Part shown: in pieces, positions 39,110-53,000 of the stretch
Numbering within the stretch: the stretch's first letter is position 1
Layout of the letters: each line of letters opens with the position of its first letter
Source of the DNA: Salmo salar
Taxonomy: Eukaryota
DNA length: 64,000 bases
NCBI RefSeq assembly: GCF_905237065.1
Contig: NC_059464.1
Span: 3,175,803 to 3,239,802, forward strand
Direction: 5' to 3'
Position numbers and translations under genes: made by a program
The notes under the pieces: generated by a model
Told to the model about the DNA's origin: nothing
Databases searched by the model: none
What the model saw: the letters and a program-made list of their open reading frames with translations, nothing else

Positions 39110-39420
39110 GTTCTGTGATTTGTACACTGAGTGTACAATAATGGGCAAGAGAAAATATTTAAGTTCCTTTGAACAGGGTATGGTAGTAGGTGCCAGGTGC
39201 ACCGGTTTGTGTCAAAACCTGCAACGCTGCTAGGTTTTTCACACTCAACAGTTTCCAGTGTGTATCAAGAAGGGTCCACCATCCAAAGGACATCCAGCCA
39301 ACTTGACACAACAGTGGGAAGCATTGGAGTCAACATGGACCAGCATCCCTGTGGAACGCTTTCGTTACTTTGTAGAGTCCATGCCCCACAGAATTGAGGG
39401 TGTTCTGCTGTGCGAATTTG
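39110..39420 (+). mobile_element. Tc1-like fragment (same family as 21640-22620)
   Basis: gtacactgagtgtacaa...tttaagttcctttgaacagggtatggtagtaggtgccaggtgcaccggttt... Confidence 0.6.
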
Positions 39421-40045
39421 CTGGATATTGGCGGGAACTGGAACATGCTGTCGTGCACGTCAACCCAGAGCATCCCAAACATGCTCAATTGATAACATAT
39501 CTGGTGAGAATGCAGGCCGTGAAAGAACTGGGACGATTTCAGCTTCCAGGAATTGTGTACAGATCCTTGCGACATGGGGCCGTGCATTATCATGCTGAAA
39601 CATGAACTGATGGCGGTGGATGGATGGTACGACAATGGGTCTCAGGATCTCGTCACGGTATCTCTGTGCAATCAACTTGTAATTGTGTTCTTTTTCCATA
39701 GTTTAAACCTGTCCATACCATAACCCCACCGCCACTATGGGGCACTCTGTACACAACGCCATACATGTGTTCTGCGGTTGTGAGGCCGATTGGACGTACT
39801 GCCAAATTCTCTAAAACAACATTGGAGAGAGAAATTAACATTGCATTTCTCTGGCAACAGCTCTGGTAGACATTCCTGCATTTGGCATGCCAATTTCACG
39901 CTCCCTCAAAATTTGAGATATCTGGTGCACCTGTGTAATGATCATGCTGTTTAACCAGCTTCTTGATATGCCACACCTGTCAGGTGATCTCAGACCAGTC
40001 CTGGACCTGGGTGAGTGGGGGGGGCGCAGAGATGGCAAGTTCTGT
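39420..40045 (-). mobile_element. Tc1-like transposon fragment (family with cacctgacaggtgtggcatatcaagaagctg terminus)
   Basis: ORF 39460..39699 (-) is the DDE C-terminal region (FMFQHDNARPH...SPDMLSIEHVWDALG). ORF 39835..40038 (-) is the N-terminal HTH ([17 protein letters not shown]). Confidence 0.75.
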
Positions 40046-40199
40046 AGGAGGTGGTCCCCAGTGTGAACTGTTCCAGCTCAGTGCATCTCCTCTGTAGCTC
40101 AGTGATTTCCTGCTCCAGCTCTTCGATACCCGCTCTACTCCACCTCTCTGCACTTTTCTTCTTCTTGTTTATAAATGTAGTACCTGAGAGCAGTTAAGA

Positions 40200-43100
40200 C
40201 CTGCACGCCATCTGCTATGTCAAATCAAATTTGATTTATCACGTGCCAAATACAACAGGTGTATACCTTACAAGCCCTTAATCAACAATGCAGTTTTAAG
40301 AAAAAACGTTAAAAAAGTAAGAAAATAACAATAGCGAGGCTATATACTGGGGGTACCGGTACAGAGTCAATGTGCAGGGGCAACAGTTAGTCGACATAGT
40401 ATGGACATGTAGGTAGAGTTATAAAAGTGACTATGCATAGATAACAGCGAGTAGCAGCAGCATAGAAAAGGGGGGGGGGGGGGGCAATGCAAAAAGTCTG
40501 GGTAGCCATTTGATTAGATGTTCAGGAGTCTTATGGCTTGGGGGTCGAAGCTGTTTAGAAGCCTCTTGGGCCTAGACTTGGCGCTCCAGTACTGCTTGCC
40601 ACGCGGTAGCAGAGAGAACAGTCTATGACTAGGGTGTCTGGAGTCTTTGCCAATTTTTAGGGCCTTCCTCTGACACCGCCTGGTATAGAGGTCCTGGATG
40701 GCAGGAAGCTTGGCCCCGGTGATGTACTGGGCTGTACGCACTACCCTCTAATGCCTTGCGGTCGGAGGCCGAGCATTTGCCATACCAGGTAGTGATGCAA
40801 CCCGTCAGGATGCTCTCAATGGTGCAGCTGTAAAACCTTTTGAGGATCCGAGGACCCATGCCAAATCTTTTCAGTCTCCTGAGGGGGGATAGGTTTTGTC
40901 ATGCCCTCTTCACGACTGTCTTGGTGGATCATGTTAGTTTGTTGGTGATGTGGACGCCAAGGAACTTGAAGCTCTCAACCTGCTCCACTACAGCCCATCG
41001 ATGAGAATGGGGGCGTGCTCGGTCCTCCTTTTCCTGTAGTCCACAATCATCTCCTTTGTCTTGATCACGTTGAGGGAGAGGTTGTTGTCCTTGCACCACA
41101 CGTTCAGGTCTCTGACGACCTCCCTATAGGCTGTCTTGTCGTTGATCAGGCCTACGACTGTTGTGTCATCGGCAAACAATGATGGTGTTGGAGTCGTGCC
41201 TGGCCCATCAAGAAGTCCAGGATCCAGTTGCAGAGGGAGGTGTTTAGTCCCAGGGTCCTTAGCTTAGTGATGAGCTTTGAGGGCACTATGGTGTTGAACG
41301 CTGAGCTGTAGTCAATGAATAGCATTCTGACATAGGTGTTCCCTTTGTCCAGGTGTGACAGGGCAGTGTGGAGAGCAATAGAGATTGCATCATCTGTGGA
41401 TCTGTTGGGGCGGTATGCAAATTGGAGTGGGTCTAGGGTTTCTGGGATAATGGTGTTGATGTGAGCAATGACCAGCCTTTCAAAGCACTTCATGGCTACA
41501 GATGTGAGTGCTACGGGTCAGTAGTCATTTAGGCAGGTTACCTTAGTGTTCTTGGGCACAGGGACTCTGCTTGAAACATGTTGGTATTACAGACTGCGAC
41601 AGGGAAAGGTTGAAAATGTCAGTGAAGACACTTGCCAGTTGGTCAGCATATGCTCAGAGTACCCGTCCTGGTAATCCGTCGGGCTCTGCGGCCTTGTGAA
41701 TGTTGACCTGTTTAAAGGTCTTACTCACATTGGCTGCGGCGAGCGTGATCACACAGTCGTCCGGAACAGCTGATGCTCTCATGCACGTTTCAGTGTTACT
41801 TGCCTCAAAGTGAGCATAGAAGTTATTTGGCTCGTCTGGTAGGCTCGTGTCACTGGGCAGCTCTCGGCTGTGCTTCCCTTTGTAGTCTAATAGTTTGCAA
41901 GCCCTACCACATCCAACGAGCTTCGGAGCCGGTGTGGTACGATTTGATCTCATGCCTGTATTGACGCTTTGCTTGTTTGATGGTTTGTCGGAGGGCATAG
42001 TGGGATTTCTTATAAGCTTCCGGGTTAGAGTCCCCCTCCTTGAAAGCGGCAGCTCTACCCTTTCGCTCAGTGCGGATGTTGCCTGTAATCCATGGCTTCT
42101 GGTTGGTGTATGTACGTACAGTCACTGTGGGGACGACGTCATCGATGCACTTATTGATGAAGCAGTGACTGATATGGTGTACTCCTCAATGCCATCGGAA
42201 GAATCCCGGAACATATTCCAGTCTGTGCTAGCAAAACAGACCTGTAGTTTAGCATTATCTGACCACTTTTGTATTGACTGAATCACTGGTGTTTCCTGCT
42301 TTAATTTTAGCTTGTAAGCAGGAATCAGGAGGATAGAATTATGGTCAGATTTGCCAAATGGAAGGCAGAGGAGAGCTTTGTACGCGTCTCTGCGTGAGTA
42401 GTAAAGGTGACCTAGAGTTTTTTTCCCTTTGGTTGTACATTTAACATGCTGATAGAAATGAGGTCAAACGGATTAAAGTTTCCCTGCATTAAAGTCCCCG
42501 GCCACTAGGAGCGCCACCTCTGGATGAGCGTTTTCCTGTTTTCTTATGGCGGTATACAGCTCATTGAGTGCGGTCTTAGTGCCAGCATCAGTCTGTTGTG
42601 GTATGTAGACAGCTACGAAAAATACATATGAACATTCTCTAGGTAGATAGTGTGGTCTACAGCTTATCATGAGACTATTTCAGGCGAGCAAAACCTTGAG
42701 ACTTCCTTAGATATCGTGCACCAGCTGTTGTTTACAAATATACATAGACCGCCACCCCTCGTCTTACCAGAGGCTGCGGTTCTATCCTTCCGGTAGAGTG
42801 TGTAACCCGCCAGCTGTGTTATTCATGTCGTCGTTCAGCCGCGACTCGGTGAAACATAAGATATTACAGTTTTAAATGTCCCGTTGGTAGGATATACGTG
42901 CTTTTATTTCGTCCAATTTATTTTCCAGTGATTGCACGTTGGCTAATAGTACGGATAGCAAAGGCAGATTAGCCACTTGTCGCCTGATCCTCACAAGGCA
43001 CCCCGATCTCCTTCCGCGAAATCGCGGTCTCTTTCTCCTGCGAATGACGGGTATGAGGGCCTGTTCGGGTGTCTGGAATAAATCCCTCTCGTCCGACTCA

Positions 43101-43250
43101 TTACAGAAAAATTCTTAGTCCAATTCAAGGTGATTAATCGCTGTTCTGATGTCCAGAAGCTCTTTTCGGTCATAAGAGACGGTACCAGCAACATTATGTG
43201 CAAACTAAGTTACAAAATGCAAAAAAACGAACAAAATAGCACGGTTGGTT
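40200..43250 (-). mobile_element. Non-LTR retrotransposon (CR1/L2-like LINE), about 3 kb, degenerate ORF2
   Basis: Minus-strand ORFs: 42473..42670 is the endonuclease region (GDFN), 41152..41493 is RT ([13 protein letters not shown]), 40988..41179 is RT (FADDTTVVG). The 3' tail at 40200-40570 equals the common salmonid repeat. Confidence 0.8.
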
Positions 43251-45440
43251 AAGAGCCAATAAAATGGCAGCAATCCTCTCCAGCACCATTATATTTCTGT
43301 GTCTCTGTTTATCACGCTTGTCTGAAGAATGGGACCAAGGCACAGCGTGTGTATCGTTCCACATTTTAACTGTGAAACTATACAATACATACAAATAAAC
43401 TAATAAACAAAACAACAAACCGTGACGAAGAGGTGCAACATACACTAACTCAAAATAATCTCCCACAAAACCTAGTGGGAAAAACAACAACTTAAATATG
43501 ATCCCCAATTAGAGACAACGATGACCAGCTGCCTCTAATTGGAGATCATCCCAAAACAACAACATAGAAATACAGAAACTAGAACCCCCACATAGAAATA
43601 CATAAACGAGATAAAAACCCAACATAGAAAAAAGAAACTAGAACCAACAGACATAAATAAACTAGACAAAACCCCCTGTCACGCCCTGACCTACTCTACC
43701 ATAGAAAAATAATAGCTTTCTATGGTCAGGACGTGACAGTACCCCCCCAAAGGTGCGGACTCCGAACGCACAACCTTAAACAACAAAAAAAAACAGGGAG
43801 GGTTAGGGTGGGTGTCTAATGTCTGTGGCGGCTCTGGTGCAGGACGAAGAACCTTCACATCCCGCGGATCCTCCTGCATCGGAGGTGGTTCTGGTGCGGG
43901 ACGAAGAACCCTTACATCCTGCTTATCCGCCAACATAGGAGGCGGCTCCGTTTCGGGGCGTAGCCCCCGCTCCGCCAGCTGATCGCTTTCGTGTCACCGG
44001 ACAGTGGGCCATCTCAGGAGGCTCCGGACAGTGGGCCGTCGCCGGAGGCTCCGGACAGGGAACTGTCGCCGGAAGCTCCGGACAGGGAACTGTCGCCGGA
44101 AGCTCCGGACAGGGAACTGTCGCCGGAAGCTCCGGACAGGGAACTGTCGCCGGAAGCTCCGGACAGGGAACTGTCGCCGGAAGCTCCGGACAGGGAACTG
44201 TCGCCGGAAGCTCCGGACTGGGAAGGCGCACTGGAGGCCTGATGCGTGGGGCTGGCACAGGTGGCGCCAGACTGGTAACACGCACCTCAGGGCAAGTACA
44301 GAGAGCAGGAACAGGACACACTGGACTGGGCAGGCGCACTGAAGGCCTAGTGCGTGGGGCTGGCACAGGTGGCGTCAGACTGGTGACACGCACCTCAGGG
44401 CAAGTGCAATGAGCAGGCATAGGGCATACCAGACTGGATAGACTCATTGGAGGCCGGGTGCGTGGGGCAGGTACAGGATATACTGGGCCCTGTAGGCGCA
44501 CCGGAGGTCTCAACCCGTCCTGGCTGGATGCTTACTTTCGCCCGGCAAATGCGGGGCGCTGGCACAGGACGCACTGGGCTGTAAATGCGCATTGGCGACA
44601 CAGTGCGTGGAGCCGGCGCAGGATATCCTGGACCGAGGAGGCGTACTGGAGACCAGGAGCGCTGAGCTGGCACCACCCTTCCTGGCTGAATGCTCACTCT
44701 AGCCCGGCAAATGCGGGGCGCTGGCAACGAGCGCACCGGGCTGTGAATGCGCACTGGAGATACAGTGCGCATCACCGCATAACACGGTGCCCGACTGGTC
44801 ACATGCTCCCCACGATAAGCACTGGGAGTTGGCTCAGGTCTCCACCCTGACTCTGCCAATCTACCAGTGTCTACCCAATCTCACTGCCTCCAACTCCTCC
44901 TTCGGACGGCGATTCTTCCCGGGCCTTGTCCAGGGTCCTGCTCCATCCAGGATTTCCTGCCATGTCCAACTCATCTTCCCCGTAAACGCACGCTGCTTGG
45001 TCTTTTTGTGGTGGAAGATTCTTTCACGTTTGTCGTACGATGAAGACCAAGGGGCAGCGTGTGTATCGTTCCACATTTTATTTTAACTGTGAAACTATGC
45101 AAGACATACTAATAAACAAAACAACAAACCGTGACGAATAGGTGCAACATACACTAACTCAAAATAATCTCCCACAAAACCTAGTGGGAAAAACAACTTA
45201 AATATGATCCCCAATTAGAGACAACGATAACCAGCTGCCTCTAATTGGAGATCCAAAAAAACAACATAGAAATACAGAAACTAGAACCCCACATAGAAAT
45301 ACATAAACGAGACAAAAACCCCAACATAGAAAAAAGAAACTAGAACCAACATAGACATAAATAAACTAGACAAAACCCCGTCACGCCCTGACCTACTCTA
45401 CCATAGAAAAATAAAAGCTTTCTATGGTCAGGACGTGACA
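43250..45440. mobile_element. LTR-like element: about 430-bp direct terminal repeats (43300-43735 and 45020-45440) flanking a 1.3-kb internal region of tandem repeats; non-autonomous (TRIM/LARD-like?)
   Basis: The direct repeats share ...ccaagg.cagcgtgtgtatcgttccacatttta...ccaattagagacaacgat.accagctgcctctaattggagat...gtcacgccctgacctactctaccatagaaaaata.tagctttctatggtcaggacgtgaca. The interior has a 30-bp unit (agctccggacagggaactgtcgccgga) x about 7 and degenerate ~120-bp units. Confidence 0.55.
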
Positions 45441-46539
45441 CTGTTGCTGAGCTCTACAGAGTGTTTGAGCTCCTCAACCTTCAGCTGTCGCTCCTGGATC
45501 ATCTTCTGCACCTGTGCTTCCAGCTAAGCCTTCCTTTCTCCATACTTTTCCTAGAGAGACGGTGTGTTGATCCTTGTAGTGTGTCTCAGTGCAGAACTGA
45601 CTCACATATGCCTTCAGAACATCTCCAGGAGTCTGTCATGCTTCTTACACATCCTGTCGTCCAGGCTCTCCATGGGGTCGATCAGCATGTGTCTCTTCAG
45701 GGCTGGGGCTGAGGCTGCAGGTGAGTCTCACAGAAAGCGGTTAGACACACCAGGAAAGAAAGTAGTGCCTTGCGCTTCGTCCCAGTGCAGACGTCACAGG
45801 CCACTTCTCCAGGCTTAGTAGGGTGCTGGCCTGGGCTGCTGGTAGCTTTCCCTTAAATTGATTTCCTGAAATAAAGTATCAACACAGATCTGGTCTCCTA
45901 TCAAAAGTAATTTTACACAGTGGACACTGGCACATGCAATTGCTATCCCAGTACTTTCTGATGCAGGTCTTGCAGAAGTTGTGGTGGCTGGCTCAGTAAA
46001 CAAGTCCAGATAGATAGAGCACTGGAACTGCTCTTCAGACAGCAGACTGCTGCAGGTAGCCATGTCTAGACAGAGACCAAAGATGAAATTATAAAGCTAT
46101 ATTACACAATTATAATGCATTTACTGGAATTATTGGTATAACTTGTGATAATACTTTATGAATAAACACATCCAGCCTAGTTGAAGTGATCAATATACTA
46201 AACTGGATACCAGTGGAGGCTGCTGAGGGGAGGAAGGCTCATAATAATGGCTGAAACGGAGTGTAATTGCAGGAATGGAGTGAATGGAATGATAAACCCA
46301 TGAACCCCTCCCCCCACAATTTTTTTTTATTTGGGTTTGATACCATTACATTCCAGCCATTATTATGAACATTCCTCCCCTCAGTAGCCTCCACTGCTGG
46401 ATACCAACATTTCGGTGAAGTTCATTTAGTTTAGTAAAAAAAATTGCCTGCTTGACATTTCAAACTGAATAGGGACCAAACTTGAAATGGCATTTTATAT
46501 TCAACACTCCTTGGCTACTTTAAAGTTTCCGATGTTCGA

Positions 46540-46862
46540 TCTACTGAACAAAATAAATGCAACATGCAACAATTTCAAAGATTTTACTGAGTTACAGTTC
46601 ATATAAGGATATCAGTCAATTTAAATAAATCTATTAGGCCCTAATGTATGGATTTCACATGACTGGGCAGGGGTCCAGCCATGGGTGGGCCTTAGAGGGC
46701 ATAGGCCCACCCACTTGGCAGCCAGGCCTACACACTGGGGAGCCAAGCCCAGCCAATAAGGTGGTGGTGGAGGTCCTGGGCCGGCGTGGTTACATGTGGT
46801 CTGTGGTTGCGAGGCTGGTTGGATGTACTACCAAATTCTCAAAAATGATGTTGGAGACAGCT
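46540..46862 (-). mobile_element. Tc1-like fragment (same family as 63400-64000), truncated by the next element
   Basis: cagttcatataaggatatcagtcaatttaaataaatctattaggccc...ggcccacccacttggcagccagg... is shared with 63440-63790. Confidence 0.6.
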
Positions 46863-46864
46863 TA

Positions 46865-48250
46865 AAGTGCATTCGGAAAGTATTCAGACTCCTTGACTTT
46901 TTCCACATTTTGTTACAGCTTTATTTTCCCCCTCATTAATCTACACACAATAACAAAGCAAAAACTGGTTTTTAGAAAAGTTTGCAAGTGTATTCAAAAT
47001 AAAAAACAGAAAGATCACATTTACGTAAGTATTCAGACCCTTTACTCAGTACTTTGTTGAAGCACAATTAGCAGCGATTACAGCCTAGAGTCTTCTTGGG
47101 TATGAAGCTACAAGCTTGGCACACCTGCATTTGGGGAGTTTCTCCCATTCTTCTCTGCAGATCCTCTCAAACTCTGTCAGGTTGGATGAGGAGCGTTGCT
47201 GCACAGCTATTTTCAGGTCTCTCCAGAGATGTTCAATTGGGCTCAAGTCGTGGTTCTGGCTGGGCCATTCAAGGACATTCAGAGACTTGTCCCGAAAGCT
47301 CTCCTGCATTGTCTTGGCTGTGTGCTTAGGGTTGTTGTCCTGTTGGAAGGTGAACCTTCGGCCCAGTCTGAGGTCCTAAGCGCTCTGGAGCAGGTTTTCA
47401 TCAAGGATCTCTCTGTACTTTGCTCCATTCATCTTTCCCTCAACCCTGACTAGTCTCCCAGTCCCTGTCACTGAAAAACATCCACACAGCATGATGCTGC
47501 CACCACCATGCTTCACGGTAGGGATGGTGCCAGGTTTCCTCCATACGTGACGCTTGGCATTCAGGCCAAAGAGTTCAATCTTGGTTTCATCAGACCAGAG
47601 AATCTTGTTTCTCATGGTCTTGAGTCTTTAAGGTGCCTTTTGTCAAACTCCAAGCAGGCTGTCTTGTGCTTTTTACTGAGGGGCTTCTGTCTGGCCACTC
47701 TACCATAAAGGCCTGATTGGTGGAGTGCTGCAGAGATGGTTGTCCTTCAGGAAGGTTCTCCCATTTCTACAGAGGAACTCTGGCGCTCTGTCAAAGTAAC
47801 CATTGGGTTCTTGGTCACCTCCCTAACCAAGGCCCTTCTCCCCCGATTGCTCAGTTTGGCCGGGCGGCCAGCTCTAGGAAGAGTCTTGGTGGTTCCAAAC
47901 TTCTTCCATTTAAGAATGATGGAGGCTATTTGGTTCTTGGGGTCCTTCAATGCAGCAGAACTTTTTGGGTTCCCAAGATCTTTGCCTCGACACAATCCTG
48001 TCTCGGAGCTCTACGGCCAATTCCTTCGACCTCATGGCTTGGTTCTTGCTCTGACATGCACTTTCAACTGTGGGATCTTATATAGACAGGTGTGTGCCTT
48101 TGCAAATCATGTTCAATCAATTCAATTTACCATAGGTGGACTTCAATCAAGTTGTAGAAACATCAAGGATGATCAATGGAAACAGGATGCACCTGAGGTA
48201 AATTTTGAATCTCAGAGCAAAGAGTCTGAAAAGTTATATAAATAAGGTAT
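46865..48250 (-). mobile_element. Tc1-like transposon (family with agtgcattcggaaagtattcag termini), transposase degenerate, right IR missing
   Basis: Left terminus at 46865. Minus-strand transposase fragments are ORFs 47085..47309, 47376..47615 and 47747..47995. Confidence 0.85.
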
Positions 48251-49010
48251 TTCTGTTTTATTTATATACACTATCATTCAAAAGTTTGGGGTCACTTAGA
48301 AATGTCCTTGTTTTTTAAAATACCTTCTTTTGTCTATTAAAATAATATCAAATTGATCATAAATACAGTGTAGACATTGTTAATGTTGTAAATGACTGTC
48401 GTAGCTGGAATATCTACATAGGCGTACAGAGGCCCATTATCAGCAACCAGGAGTGATGTGTTCCAATGGCACGTTGTGTTAGCTAATCCAAGTTAATAAT
48501 TTTAAAAGGCTAATTTATCATTGGAAAACCCTTTTGCAATTATGTTAGCACAGCTGAAAACTGTTGTGCTGATTGATTAAAGAAGCAATAAAAATGTCCG
48601 CCTTTAGACTAGTTGAGTATCTGGAGCGTCAGCATTTGTGGGTTCGATTACAGGCTCAAAATGGCCAGAAACCAAAAAGCCTTCTGAAACTCATCAGTCT
48701 ATTCTTGTTCTAAGAAATAAAGGCTATTTAATGCGAGAAATTGGCAAGAAACTGAAGATCTCATACAACTTTGTGTACTACTCCCTTCACAGAACAGCGC
48801 AAACTGGCTCTAACCAGAATAGAAAGAGTGGGAGGCCCCGGTGCACAACTGAGCAAGAGGACAAGTACATTATATTGTCTAGTTTGAGAAACAGATGCCT
48901 CACAAGTCCTCAACTGGCAGCTTTATTAAATAGTACCCGCAAACGACTAAATAAACATTTACAAGCAACTCAAAAATGTTCCAAGTATTGTTTTTGACCG
49001 AAAGAGTCAC
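48250..49010 (+). mobile_element. Tc1-like fragment: terminus plus transposase N-terminal HTH only
   Basis: acactatcattcaaaagtttggggtcacttag... ORF 48638..48997 (+) is a paired-like HTH (SILVLRNKGYLMREIGKKLKISYNFVYYSLHRTAQTGSNQNRKRSGRPRCTTEQEDKYI). Confidence 0.75.
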
Positions 49011-49039
49011 CTCTTCCATGTGACTAACGTACGTAAAGT

Positions 49040-49870
49040 TGATTACTATAGGCCCCTTGGGCCAATGTTTAATTTAGTAAATGGCGAATCTCTGTGTCAA
49101 GACATCATTCACCCAAGTTCTTTCAAAATTGGGCCAGTGATATCAGATATCGCGTGGGTTAGCTAGACATATACCTGAGAATGTCTTCCAAATTGTATCA
49201 CTCTGAGTCAAACAGATAAACATGTTCCTGTTATAGCACCACCTTGTGGTCAATATGATTTTTCTTACATATATGGAGTCTTGACAGTGTTTTCAACGTG
49301 TACCAAACCTTGTTACAATACAAATATCCTTAAATGATTTATAAGCTTATATTTATGTGCCAGACCACACCCAAGTGATTTGGTCAATAGTCTGGAAAAA
49401 TGAGAGACCTTAGTTATTAGATGCCATCTATCAAGTTTCGTACAGATTGGTCATTCGGTGCCGGAGGAGTAGCGTTTAAGAGTTTTTCACAAAATCCCAA
49501 ATGGCAGAAAATCCATCTTGACTGACCTTATGGCTCCCTGAGGCAAATTTGTTCCTTGTGAGGGACCTATGTACCGAATTTCATGACTTTAAGGGCGTGA
49601 CCTTTCATAGTTTGCGTTTTCAAATTGCTTGTTATAGCGCCACCATCTGGCCAATTTTGTAAATGCCGGATCTCTATTGTGTGCCGCCTCATTCACCAAA
49701 GTTGTCAAAATCAGGCCAGTGGGGTCAGATATCGCGTGTGACGTAAAAATGTACGCACGGAACCGATACAGTCCCCTCCCAGATTTCATCGTGGAGGACA
49801 ATGACGACGTTGCTAATGCTTCGAGTTATCTTCAAAGCAGCATCAGAACTCAGAGTGAGTCATAAGAAGC
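49040..49870. repeat. Unclassified repeat, two tandem sub-copies (49040-49440, 49440-49870), same family as 28130-28500
   Basis: Shared blocks as listed for 28130-28500. The internal duplication gatatcgcgtg...tcattcggtgcc.../...ccaccatctggcca...gatatcgcgtgtgac is visible by eye. Confidence 0.55.
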
Positions 49871-50042
49871 CACACATCAGAAGCCCTAGACCTGACTCTT
49901 ATGTTTGTTCCTTGTATAATGACAAACCGGGGCATAAGTTTAAGTACTTTTTTTAATGAACATATACTTCAGCTAGAAAACTCCTTGTTTAGCCATGCAA
50001 GGAATTCTTCAACCACCTGCCCCCCCCGCATAGCCTGCTGGG

Positions 50043-53000
50043 TAACGTAGTCTAAATGTTATTAACGCATAACACATCTTCCTTCCTTTAAAATAAAACT
50101 ACTTTTCTATGTAACTACACGTCACATTTGTTTACTCAACCTGCATAACACGCAATTTTCAATAACACACATTTCTTTCCCCCAATTTTTTTATATTGCT
50201 CTCATCACTTATTAAGAGGCAATAAACATATTCTAATGTATTCTTTTTTCCCCCAACTAAATATAGTCTGTCCAACAATACTCTATTGTGGCTCTATTTA
50301 TTTTCACATAAACAAAACATTCAGTCCAGGTGCCCCTTTTAATATTTTTATTTTTTTTAGCAATTCTCAATAAACCTTTCAGGGGCTCTGACAGTCCTTT
50401 TTGGTCGTTCTGCTGAAGTGCTTCCTGAAACAGTTGGACAGCGTTCGTTGTCAGTCAGGGTGTTCTGACTGAATTTTCCATTGCTAAAGGCATTTGACGC
50501 TTCAGCAGTATCCTCCTGATGATCCTCAGTCCCTTGACAGAATGGCTGAAGCCTTAGATCCACTCTGTTTCGTCTCAGTTGTGATCCATGCTCCGTTTGG
50601 ATCTCATAGGATCGCGGTGCAACTTCTCTCTGCACACACCCTTGCTGCATCCAGGTACCTGTAGTGATGTCTCGGAGTCGTACATGATCTCCAGGTTTCA
50701 GTTCAGTTAAGTGTCTTGGACTTTTGTTGTGTCGCTGTTTTTGTTTGTCTTTCCTTTGCGAGTTTGACTTTGTGAGGACCTCTGGGTGTTAGCAAGTCCT
50801 CGTGGATGTGTAGGTTGGTTCTGATGCGACGTCCCATCAACATTTGTGCAGGTTAAAGTCCGTTCTGCAGCGGTGCGCTGCGGTAGATCACATTTTTTAG
50901 GAAATCCTCCTTTCCATCGTGTGCCTTTTTCATCAGACCTTTGACTATTTCGACTGAACTCTCTGCCAAGCCGTTGGACCTTGCGTAGTTGGGGCTGGAG
51001 GTGTTGTGTCGGAATCCCCAGTCGTTAGCGAACGATTGAAATTCGGAACTTGAGAACTGCGGGCCATTTTCTGAGTACAGTTCAGACCCAACCCCATGTC
51101 TTGCAAATACTGATTTCAGGTAGATGATTACAGCTTTGCTGGGAGGTAGTTGGCAGTGTTGCTACTTCAGGGTAGTTTGAGTAGTAGTCCGTAACAACAA
51201 TGTGACTTTTGCCGTTGCAGTCAAAAAGGTAATCTCCAACTTTGTAGTAGGGTCTGTTGGGTACTGGATGTGGCATTAGCAGCGCTGCTTGCTGCTTTGG
51301 CCTGTAGGTCAAACACAGTTCACATTAAGCAGTGGTCTGGCTGATTTCCTGGTTCATTCCTGGCCAGTACATTACTTCTCGTGCTCGTCGTTTGCATTTT
51401 TCCTCACCCAAGTGGTCCTCGTGTATTTTCTGTAGCATTTCTTTGCGTAGTGTCGTGGGAATGACAATCTTGTTGCCTTTGAACACTATGTCATCTACAA
51501 TGGTGAGCTCTGCTCTGCACATCCAGTAATCCTGTATTCTCCTTGGACAGTTGTTTTTCTGTGCGGGCCATCCTATCAGTGTTGTTTCTTTCAACTCTGT
51601 CATTGTTCGGTCAGCTGTGGTCTCTTTTGATCTGCTCCATTCTCTCAGAAGACACAGGAAGTAATGCTACGATCATGTCGACGTAGGCCTGAATCTGTGT
51701 TTTTCTGAGTGTCGAAGCTCTCTTGTCGACTGCTCGAGAAAGAGTGTCGGCGGCGAACATGAACTTTCCCGGGGTATAGAGCATCTTCACATCATACTTT
51801 TTCAGTCTGATCAACACTCTCTGGATTCTCATTGGACAATCATTCAGTGACTTAGACATGATTGACACCAATCATGTGGTCGGTTTCTACTTCGAAGTCT
51901 CGTCCGTAAACGTATTGGTGAAACCTTTCGCAAGCGTATGTGCTCGCCAGTAGTTCTTTCTCTATTTGTGCATACCTTGTCTCTGCACCTGTCAAGGCTC
52001 TGGACGCATAAGCGACGGGTTGCCATGTGTTGTCATGCTGTTGCAGAAGAACTGCTCCCAGACCAAACTTTGACATGTCTGCAGAAATCCTTGTGCTTTT
52101 CTCTGGATCATATAACCTGAGCACTGGCTCTTCTGTGATTGTCTTCTTTAGGTTTTTGAAGCAGTTCTCCTGTTCATGGGACCATTCCCATTCATTTTTC
52201 TATTCCAGAAGACATCTGAGTGGAACTGACTGTGCTGGCAGTTGAGGTATGAACTTTGCAAGGTAGGTGATCACGCACATGAAACCTCTCACGTCGTCCT
52301 TGTTCTTCGGGCGCTCCATGTTGTTGATGGCTGATGTTTTCCTTGGGTCTGGTTTGACTCCATCCTCTGAAAGTACGTCTCCCACGAAGGTAAGTGTTTT
52401 CACACCAAACTCCTTGTTTAGTTTTAGGTTGACTTTCCTTGTCAGATCCAGCACTTGTCTCACTCTCGCGTCGTGTTCTCCTTTGTGGACCCCCAGCCGA
52501 TGATGTCATCTATCATGGTCTCCACTCCTGGAATGTGCTTGAAGATCATGTGGATTGTCTTGTGGTAGACCTCTGGTGCCGAGAGAATCCCATATGGTAG
52601 ACGAAGAAATCTGTACCTGCCTTCAGGTGTGTTGAATGTGCATAGACTTGAAATGCTCTCTCTTGATTGCTTTGTTGAGATCTCTCGGGTCTAGACATAT
52701 CCTGAGATCGCCGTTCTTTTTCATCACAATAACCAGTGAGCTTACCCAGTCTAGGTTCATCCATTTTTGTGATGACGTCCATCTTTTCTATGCTTCCAAG
52801 TTCCTCTTTGAGCTTTTTCCTCAGTGCAAATTTAACTTTTCTGCATGCATGCACAACTGGGGTAATTTTGTCATCAGTACATATTTTGTGTTCTCCTGGT
52901 AAACATCCAAGACCCTCAAACACATCCTCATACTCAGCCAGTAGTGATTCTTGGTCATTTTCAGTCTGTGATGTCACTACATACACTCTTTTCACCAAAT

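Noticed and set aside
43923-44513. 196-aa proline-rich minus-strand ORF and overlapping plus-strand ORFs (43991..44342)
   Set aside because: The periodic ELPATVPCP / RELSPEAPD peptides are direct translations of the 30-bp tandem repeat. They are not a gene.
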